The notes below the pieces were generated by a model that saw only the letters and a list, made by a program, of their open reading frames with translations, was not told where the DNA came from and did not search any database. DNA of 64,000 bases from Eledone cirrhosa (lineage: Eukaryota), in the NCBI GenBank assembly GCA_964016885.1, contig OZ024740.1, positions 150,784,001 to 150,848,000 of the forward strand. Reading direction: 5' to 3'. Positions 54,199 to 64,000 of the stretch are shown piece after piece (within the stretch, counting starts at the first letter, position 1; every line of letters starts with the position of its first letter). The position numbers and the translations under genes were made by a program.

Positions 54199-54697
54199 AT
54201 AGGTATGCATATTTATGTGTGTGTAAGTGTTTATGTATGTGGTTGTGAGTATGTAAATATATTTTATTCTTTCCGTCCACAAAAATACACTCTGGCCACC
54301 TGTGGCTTGTATGTTAACTTGACCACTCACCTCAGTCTGTGCCATGATTTGGTCTTGTTTATCTTCTATTACCAACCCACCTAAAAAATTTCCCTACGAT
54401 ATATCTGTTGAATTACTATTCTTGGGGTTTTTATTTATTTATTTTTTTTATTTAATTTTTTATTTATTTATTTATTTATCTATTTATTCATTTATTTATT
54501 TATTTATTTACTTATTTATTTATTTCAAAAAAGCACTCTGGCTAATTGACCACTCCCCAAAAAAAAAACGGCCTGTGCCATGTTGTGGTCCTGTGTATCT
54601 AAATACCATCCTACCCCAAACAATCCCCCCCCCCCAGCCACAACCCCTCCCTTACCACTACCTAAATGTATAAATACCAGAACTTAATATGACACCC

Positions 54698-54748
54698 AGC
54701 TTCCTGAAGATTTCATCTGAATGAAACAGTACTAGTCCTGTAGAAGCT
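54698..54748 (+). ncRNA. Type I hammerhead with canonical core and U.U at the base of stem II
   Basis: AGCUUC-CUGAAGA-U-UUC-AUCU-GAA-U-GAAAC-AG-uacuaguc-CU-GUA-GAAGCU; its 3' flank is inverted at 53865-53891. Confidence 0.8.
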
Positions 54749-55039
54749 CCTTCTATACAATAAAAATATATAAATATATATATATAAATGTCTGTTTCAA
54801 TTTAGTGAGGTAGTCAACGCTATTTCTTGATAATCGAAACAGCAGTAAGGGAGAAATTAATGGTGAAACTGTCTTATTTTAGGTTGCTTTACTAGGAACC
54901 TCCCAGTTGATGACTTGTTGACTTTGTATAAGTTATTCTATATGTATATCCTTCTCTGAATAAATAATGTTAGCTATCTTTTCATTGAGATAACCTTCTG
55001 CATGATTTATATAAATGTATGCATGTATGTATGTATGTA

Positions 55040-55374
55040 TGATGGTATCCAATGATGTTGACTTGTTCTTCTTTTTGGTAAATATCATCTTGGTTAAGAG
55101 AGTGGGACTGGCTTTGTGCAGTGCCTTTGCTCACTATAAAAGCTTCACGGCACAGGCATTGCTTCATATCTGGAGATCTCTCTGCACTTGTCGTCACATG
55201 GTACCATGGGCCCAGCACTATGTGTCAGTAATTGTCATAAGTGTAGTGTTTGTACCAGAGTTTTCAAGTCGCTGGCGGAACTAAAAAGTCACACTCGTTC
55301 AGCGCATCGGTGGGGGTTCTCCTACATGGATATAAAGTAGTGGCCGTACTCGAAAACGAGTTGGCAGCCACCAT
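55040..55374 (-). repeat. Inverted copy of the 648-982 repeat
   Basis: Direct sequence comparison. Confidence 0.85.
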
Positions 55375-55444
55375 GTATGTATGTATGTATGCATGTATGT
55401 ATGTATGTATGTGTGTATGTATTTATGTATGTATGTGTGTGTAT

Positions 55445-55561
<117 letters not shown>

Positions 55562-56092
55562 AATTTGTATGTGCATGTGTATATGTGTCGTATTTAGAAT
55601 ACATATGAATTCATCTCATCTGAAGCAGGAATGGTTTTCAGGTTTTGAGGAATTTTTTCATTGAAATTTAGACAGTACCAACCATGTAGATCTTCATTAT
55701 ATTTTAGAATATTCTCGCATAGTTCTACTACCCGACTAACCGACTTAATTTGCAGAACGCTGATATTTTCAAGAGTATAGATTTAACTTTTGGTTAAAGC
55801 GAACTGGTCACAATTATTCTCTTTTTTTTTCATAGATATTAGATGATATATCACATCTGTTAGGCAGATTCAATTCACTATATTGAATAGCAATACTCAG
55901 TTTGTTGTTGTTGAGATCCAACATACAGAAATAATTGTAACAACAGTCGATTGCTCCCTGGTTAAAGCACTCGGCCGGAATTCTATAGATACGGAGTTCC
56001 TTTCTTCGTAGTGGCTGTGACCACTAACTATTTTGTGTCACTAGGGTTATTTTACGCTATTTTCAAAGCTGATATTTATAGCAATTGACCAA

Positions 56093-56279
56093 GGTGGATT
56101 GGCAGTGTCGCTAGAGGGCCGGACGCCATGCTTTGCAACAAAGAGTTACGGCCCTTTATGACCTGTTCAATCCCGTCGAGGTTAATTTTACCTTTCATCC
56201 TTACGGGGTCGATAAAATAAAATACCAGTAATACACTGGAATAATTGCTGGCCTTGTGCCAAAAGTAGAAACAATTATT
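56093..56279 (+). mobile_element. tRNA-derived SINE
   Basis: Full-length match to the SINE family. Confidence 0.85.
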
Positions 56280-56375
56280 GTTGGTTTCTGTTACAGTTAT
56301 TCCTACATATTGTAAAGAATTTCAAAGATTCGTTGTTTAATATACATCGGGCCTTCTGCGCAGTTAAACCAGGCG

Positions 56376-56408
<33 letters not shown>

Positions 56409-56686
56409 ATGTGTTTGTCCGTGCGTGTGTGAGCGTGCGTGTGTGTCTGTGTGTGTCTGTGCCTGACTGTGCGTAGGAAAGAAGTGAACTAGTCTGGACA
56501 TTCTCTACTCTCGTTATTGTTTTGCATATTCCCGTCCACTTGCAAATCATTTGGTCTCTTACTTTTCCACACAATAACTTAAACCCTAAGTAACTGTGAT
56601 TATGAGTAGTGTATATATGAATGTAGGCGAATAATTTATGTTATCATTTGATTGATCGAGTGTACTGACAATTTCGATCACTCGAT

Positions 56687-57014
<328 letters not shown>

Positions 57015-57691
57015 CTGTTGCTGCTAGCAAGCAGAATAAGGTAGATTAAAGTTCACGACAGGTCAAGTAAAACCCGCAGATTCAAGAGTTTTCACATAAA
57101 ATGTTACCATCAAGGAATTATTAAATCACATTTAAAACAAAATATACACTCCGTCATATTTTACGGGTACTAAGGTAGTAATCTAATAAAAGATTTTGAA
57201 ATGACATGAATGCCGTAACCCACCATATTTTGCCTTCTCGTCTCTTCTCGTCTCAATTCTGATGATGCAAAACCAACATATGTAGAACAGAATACATTAT
57301 AATTAAGTAGGTAAGAATGAATTTTCTATTGTATTTGTAAATGTATAAATTTCGTTTTGAGCAATGCAAATACATGTGTATATTATTTTTTTGCAGATGA
57401 TGTGTCAGTGTCAGTGCAAACGTGTGGGAGTATAAAAATATAAATAAATACTTGAATATCATCATAATCATCCTTATAATCATCATCATCGTTTAACGTC
57501 TGTTTTCCTCGTGTGCATACATAGATACATACATACATATATACATACATACATACATAGATACATAGATACATACTTAACTACATATATACATACATAG
57601 ATACATAGATACATACTTAACTACATACATACATAGATACATAGATACATACTTAACTACATACAAACATACATACACGCACACACACACG

Positions 57692-57722
<31 letters not shown>

Positions 57723-58186
57723 GTGTGTATGTGCGCGCGCGTGTGTGTGTGTGTGTGTGTGTGTGGTGTTGTGTTTGTGTGTGTGCATGAAAGATTAGTA
57801 GTTGAGAGTTAGTTATGATATATGGCTGCATCAGCTTTTAAAATGTTTTTCGCTATAAGAAGACGACGAAAATGGAGTCATTTTTAATTTTACAATCAAC
57901 AATCTTTTTCTCGTCCGTTGCCATTTTCCCGTTTGTTCTAGAAGATAGACGTGCTGCAAAATATGGCCGATAGACCGAAATAGCAAGGCAAACTGAATGA
58001 TTCATGTGGAGATATATATATTAACCAACCAGTGATTGTTTCAAATGACAGAAGCCTTTTGATTTGCTATTAAAACATAAACCATCTTCATTTATATGTG
58101 TATATGTCTATATCTATATGGTTTTCTGTAAATCTGCGAGTTTGTGAAAGATTATGTATGTATGCATTGTTAGATGTATGAATAAG

Positions 58187-58303
<117 letters not shown>

Positions 58304-58316
58304 AGAGAGAGAGAGA

Positions 58317-58381
<65 letters not shown>

Positions 58382-58591
58382 AGAAGAATTGAAAATAGAT
58401 AAAACCGCTCGTGGTTTATACAAGATGCATTAAAGCTCAATGGGTTATTCTGGTCAAATCCTGCAAGTCACAAAACCCAGGGTGTAATCCGCTGGGTATG
58501 ATACCCTTAGTTGGAGGTCGGGAAAATCACAGCGCATAAATATTCATTTCAGAATACGTAACCAAATGCTTTACTCAGTTAAAATCCTTTA

Positions 58592-58707
58592 TTTCGACGA
58601 ACGTTTCGATTGATAGAGATGTAATACGAGTCGACTAAATTAATTATTCACTTAATTAATTACATCGATGGTGGTATACAAATATCTCTGAGAATCTCAT
58701 CAGGAAA
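58592..58707 (-). ncRNA. Type I hammerhead with greatly extended stem II
   Basis: UUUC-CUGAUGA-GAUU..AGAGAU...AUCUCU..AAUC-GAAAC-GUUC-GUC-GAAA. Confidence 0.8.
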
Positions 58708-58950
58708 GAGAATTATTTAGATGAGTCACTTGTTCCCATTAGGCTATTACGTTATTACACAAGCAAACATTCAAGAAGAGAAGGTAAAAACAAGAAAACG
58801 AAATAATAAAATGTTTGAATATAATATATAATCTGGAAAGAGATAGAAGGCTAAACAATGCAAAATGGAGTGTAAGATGAGGTAACGAAAACGTAAGTTA
58901 TCTGGTAATCTTTGTTTTGTTTTTTGTCGTTGCTGTTCTTTCTTCTGTCC

Positions 58951-58985
58951 TAATATTTCGGGACCTAAAATTCCCTTCATCAGAG
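58951..58985 (-). ncRNA. Hammerhead core with weak stem I
   Basis: CUGAUGA-A-GGGA-AUUUUAGG-UCCC-GAAAUAUUA. Confidence 0.5.
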
Positions 58986-59157
58986 TTTAAGGAAATTTGG
59001 GATTGAATTTTGATTTACAAAAAGAAAGTTTCAATGCATGCATAACATAAGGCTAGAATAAATGAACCTTAAAACAATGTGTGGGTGTTTGTATGTATGT
59101 GTGTCTATAGGTACTTGAGTGTGAATGTAAACCTTGTATTTTATCTGTCATTGTATT

Positions 59158-59446
59158 ACTGTGTATATGTCTAAAAATAGTTTTCTCAAAGAATCCCTGT
59201 TCTTTAAAATCCCTTGGCCAAAAGCTTCTACCCATCCTCGAAATCACACCTTCCCCAACAACAAGAAAACATATAAATACCACCGTATTACAATCACAAT
59301 TGGCTTTCCTTATGATTTCTTTCGAATGAAACAGTCTTAGTCCTTAGTCCTGTAGAAAACATTTCTATATTAAGTTTGATGTTTACATTCTACAAATGTA
59401 TTGGGTACCTTACCTACTTTGGTTACCCCCGATTGAATCCGGGACT
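59158..59446 (+). mobile_element. ~290-bp hammerhead-bearing module; inverted copy at 61365-61655
   Basis: Degenerate hammerhead at 59305-59358 (CUUAUGA core, stem I UUUC/GAAA, GUA); inverted copy at 61457-61510. Confidence 0.85.
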
Positions 59447-59448
59447 CT

Positions 59449-60635
59449 TACGCCAACCTTGTCATGGGATATTTGGAAACCACTCTCTACCGCAAAGTTC
59501 TAGACAAATACGGTAACCACTTCTTCCTACACATAGAAAAAAAAACTGGAAGAGATATCTGGATGACTGCTTCATCCTCTCCCATGAATGTATAGAAAGT
59601 TTGATTCAGTTTAAAACCCTTCTAAATGGACTCAACACAAACTTACCATTTACAATGGATTACAGCCATGAAGAACTCCATTTCCTCGACATCCTCATAA
59701 AAAAAACAAACAACAAAATAGAAACAGACATATACTTCAAACCCACAGACTCCAAACAATATCTTCCATTCAACTCGTGCCATCCTCGCCATATCAAAAT
59801 GGGAATTCCTTATAACCTAGCCAGAAGGATCTACACAATAGTTTCAGATAAATACACATGCTACACACGACTAGAATAATTAAAGAACACACTTATCAGC
59901 AGAAGCTACCCACCATCCCTAATCAAAAATGGATTCCAACGTGCCCTAAAACTCAACATCCAGGAACTCAGACACCCCAAACCCAGGAATGAACCGCAAC
60001 AGAAAACTCTACCATACATCTCCACACACAACCCCCTCAACAATGAGGCATTCGACACCATCCTCCAGAACATTCCTTTACTAAAAAGAGACCCAAGAAT
60101 GAACAAAATCCTCCAAACACACAACATCATAAAGAGGAAAAAGACAACCTAAATCCATAAAAAACATCCTCACACAAGCCAAAATCCAACCAACCCTCAC
60201 AATGAACCCTACAGTAAAAAAATGCGGAAGGTCTAACTGTGGCATATGCATAAATCTAATAGAAGGTTCAACATTTCATTTTAAACAAGGACAACATTTC
60301 ACAGTTAAACACAACTTTACATGTACAACTGAAAACCTTATCTATGTTTTGACCTGCTCAGGTTGTCAAGAGCAGTACATAGGACAGACAAAAAAAACAG
60401 CCTCCAACAACGTATGACCGTCCATAGATCACAAATCAAAATATAGGAATACGCAAAGATTGCTTTTAGTGACCATATCGCCAATTGTACACCTAACCAA
60501 CATCCAAACTTTAAAATTTTCCCCATTTACAAATTCATAGACAACGCTAATTTCATCCATCGTACCAATAAGGAAATGTACTTCATCAACAAATTCCAAC
60601 CTCTACTTAATGGACTAAACTTCGGACTAAACTAA
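59449..60635 (+). pseudogene. Penelope-like element: RT C-terminal half plus GIY-YIG endonuclease, frameshifted
   Basis: YANLVMGYLE, WKRYLDDCF, LHFLDILI, TDIYFKPTDSKQYL, SCHPRHIK, KCGRSNCGIC, LIYVLTCSGCQEQYIGQT, terminal GLN. Confidence 0.92.
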
Positions 60636-61329
60636 AACTGGAACGAACAATGATCCAGAACAAAATCCCTATGTTCTCTAAAGAGTTACCTCCCTAACAC
60701 CCTACCTAATCCTTTTCCTATATAAATGAATTACCCCCTCTCATTTCTCTCTCCTCTACCCGACCACACTGAATTACCTCCCCCTGCATATTAACTCTCT
60801 AAAAAGGGAAATCATATCAAACCCAGACTACCATTTTCTCCCATCATGGATCACCTAAGCACTCTTGCCATAATAAAACATTTTGAACTGCTTATCTTCA
60901 AGAACTATACCTGTAAATAATATTATTTTTTCTTTCCCATTACCTTATGATGTTCCACATTACGCCCCTTTTTTTTCTTTTTTCTTTTCACTTCAAAAAC
61001 CTTGTTTGTAAATAACATTATTCTTTCTCATCATTTCCTTAACATGTTCAACATCACCAACATTTTACACCAATACATATTCCCCCCTTTGATAATGCAT
61101 ACAATGCTGAAACCGGTAATAGACAATTATTAAATATATAAATAAATAAATAAATTCCATTGTTAATTAATAATTAACTAATACCTTAACACTTCACACA
61201 AAGTAAAATATTTTGTTTTAAACATTTTCTAACCCAGAAAAAAGAGAAAAACTAAAAGTGAAAAAAATTTTTTTTCTTCCTAATAATCATCTTTTTCTCC
61301 CTATTTTCCAATATATATACGGGACTCAC

Positions 61330-61365
<36 letters not shown>

Positions 61366-61656
61366 GTGAGTCCCGGATTCAATCGGGGGTAACCAAAGTA
61401 GGTAAGTTACCCAATACATTTGTAGAATGTAAACATCAAACTTAATATAGAAATGGTTTCTACAGGACTAAGGACTAAGACTGTTTCATTCGAAAGAAAT
61501 CATAAGGAAAGCCAATTGGGATTGTAACACGGTGGTATTTATATGTTTTATTGTTGTTGGGGAAGGTGGTGATTTCGAGGATGGGTAGAAGTTTTTGGCC
61601 AAGGGATTTTAAAGAACAGGGTTTCTTTGAAAAAACTATTTTTAGACATATACACA

Positions 61657-61925
61657 TTCAGTCCCAGATTTCTGTCTGTAGTATTTGGCATCGGATTCGA
61701 AGAAGTTGTTTTCCAAGATGAATTTGAGTCCCTCCAACAAAAATTCTTTAGGGATGCGCTGTGGAAGTTCACTAGGGAAATTTTCAAGCCAAAATTGTAT
61801 TGCCTATATACCTAGGTTGTGTGGGATATTGGAATATAGATTGATGACATCAAAGGTTACTAGTAGCGTATGTTCATTATTAAGTGTTGTTGGGAGGTCT
61901 TTGAGCATGTCAAGGTCGTCCATAA
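61657..61925 (-). pseudogene. PLE RT N-terminal segment (inverted)
   Basis: DDLDMLKDLP...LVTFDVINLYSNIPH...LKFILENNFF...YYRQKSGT. Confidence 0.85.
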
Positions 61926-62024
61926 TAGCAGACATCACATGTGAAACCCACCGCCTCAGCAACTTCCTAGATAATCTGCTTAAACCTTTCCTAAAACACA
62001 TAAAAAGCTTCATAAGGGGCGACC
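61920..62024 (+). pseudogene. PLE RT segment upstream of the previous one
   Basis: IIADITCETHRLSNFLDNLLKPFLKHIKSFIRGD. Confidence 0.75.
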
Positions 62025-62754
62025 TCATGGATCAACTAAGCACTCTTGCCATAATAACACATTTTGAACTTCTTATCTTCAAGAAATATGCCTGTAAATA
62101 ATATTATTTTTTCTTTCCCTATCATGTTTCACATTACCCACTTTTTTATTTTTTATTTTCACTTCAAAAACCTTGTTTGTAAATAACATTATTCTTTCTT
62201 CCCCATTTCCTTAACATGTTCAACATCACCAACATTTTACACCAATACAAATTCCCCCCTTTGATAATGCATAAAATGCTGAAACCGGTAATAGACAATT
62301 ATTAAATATATAAATAATTAAATAAATGCCATTGTTAATTAATAAATAAATTAACTAATACCTTAACACTTCACACAAAGTAAAATATTTTGTTTTAAAC
62401 ATTTTCAAACCCAGAAAAAAGAGAAAAAAATAAAAGGCAAACAAATATTTTTCTTCCTAATAAGCGTCTTTTTCTCCCTATTTTCATATATATATATATA
62501 TATATATATTCCAACTTCTGTGCTCCTTCTCCACATTTTATTATTATTATATATATACATATAAATATATATGAGAGAGGAGTACAGATAGCAAATACGT
62601 TGACGTATATTTCTCTCTGTAAAATATATATGTATGATTATATGATCATGTAAATATAAAACTTCTATCCATGTAAACTTGCGTTATTATAAATATGATG
62701 TATAACAGAAATAACACACTTATACGTATATATATTTGTACGTATGTGTGTGTG

Positions 62755-62832
<78 letters not shown>

Positions 62833-62896
62833 TATATATATACATGTATATACATATTTACATGTATATATGAATACATATTTATATATATAAATG

Positions 62897-62929
<33 letters not shown>

Positions 62930-64000
62930 CATATATATATATATACAATAAATTTAAAGCTGCTTATAGTGTCAATAGTGGCATAGGTCAAAATATACTC
63001 ATATATCTTAAAGTTAGTGTTCTACACACGTAAACAAGGCAAAAATAGAATGTTAAGAAATAACTAAGAAATTGGACAATGACTGACTATGTATGAGGAG
63101 TGAGAATGGTAATGAATATACATGTATATGTATGTGTGTGTGTGTTTGTCTAAATGTGCTTGTGTATATATGTGTATGAATGTATATACTTACGCACATA
63201 TCTATATGTTTGCATGTATGCACGTATGTATGTATCTATGTACGTATGTATGAATGTATCTATGCAGGTATACAATTATGTATTTGTCTATATTTGATTG
63301 TCATAAATCAACCTGGTTTAGTTTTAAGGATGTTAGGCTTACGGTTTTAAAGTTCTGAGTTCAATTACAGACAAGGATTGTGACATTAAGCAAAACACTT
63401 TACTTCACTTTCCTTCTGTTCACTCAGCCTGAAATGTGTGTCATTCCCGTAGTTCAAAAGTCCAGCGATGTCATACCATATGTCACTTTGGATTGCTTTG
63501 AGAACTTTGCATATTTGTGGAATATTCAGCCACTGGCACATTAATTTCACGAGCCGGCTACTACTACTAATACTACTATTATCACTTCTATACTGTTCTT
63601 ACAGCAATTGACACCGATGGTTACTCCCCCCTATGTAACTGTCATTGTTGTTTCTGCTTTGGCGTTTGTTGTAGTTGTTGTAGATGATAATTAACATCAT
63701 CTCCCTTCAGCACCATATCATTTTTTTAACACACTTGCGTTTGAGCTATCAAAGGATGTATTCCTTACTGTTAAAGAATTTACAACCGAACTGATACCAG
63801 AGTACATAGACGATCTTAGATCTTGGCGTCACTTGGGCGTTCAAATAAGTAAGGAATGCGAAAGTTTGGAAATATATTCAACAAATAGCTTTGTGGTGTT
63901 GCTGAGAGGGTGTTTGAAGTAATCATGTCAGCAGGGCTTTGAGGAAACAACATTTTAATTCGCCTGTTGTATATCACAGAATGTAAACGGCAGTAGTAAT

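Larger units (their letters stand above)
60844..62485 (+). repeat. Duplicated PLE 3' UTR/pLTR (60844-61309 and 62025-62485), each with a UUGAUAA-type hammerhead core (61089-61118, 62261-62290)
   Basis: Direct repeat of ~460 bp; UUGAUAA-U-GCAU-ANA-AUGC-U-GAAAC-CG-GUA; stem I poor. Confidence 0.8.

Overview
AT-rich, microsatellite-saturated eukaryotic DNA with no confidently identifiable host gene. The dominant tRNA-derived SINE (core 'ttgcctttcatccttacggggtcgataaaataaagtaccagt') and the (TA)n/(CA)n/(AAG)n/(TAC)n load suggest an octopus (coleoid cephalopod) intron or intergenic region; this is recognition from memory, not a database result. Most ORFs in the track are translated microsatellites. 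Real coding remnants are all transposon-derived: a near full-length but inactivated Tx1/L1-clade LINE (~31.3-37.0 kb), three Penelope-like element (PLE) loci (~21.3-22.4, 37.3-38.0 and 59.4-62.5 kb), and RTE, R4/Dong-like and Gypsy fragments. There are also two hAT MITEs with 8-bp TSDs, a Tc1/mariner-type MITE and a non-autonomous Helitron. The main hidden signal is about 20 intact or degenerate type I hammerhead ribozyme motifs on both strands. They include a U3:A8 compensatory-core family and a family with U.U at the base of stem II. They sit in short, non-coding, (TA)n-embedded elements built as fold-backs, tandem or direct repeats, or inverted pairs, which look like PLE-derived, retrozyme-like elements. 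All folds were assigned by eye.
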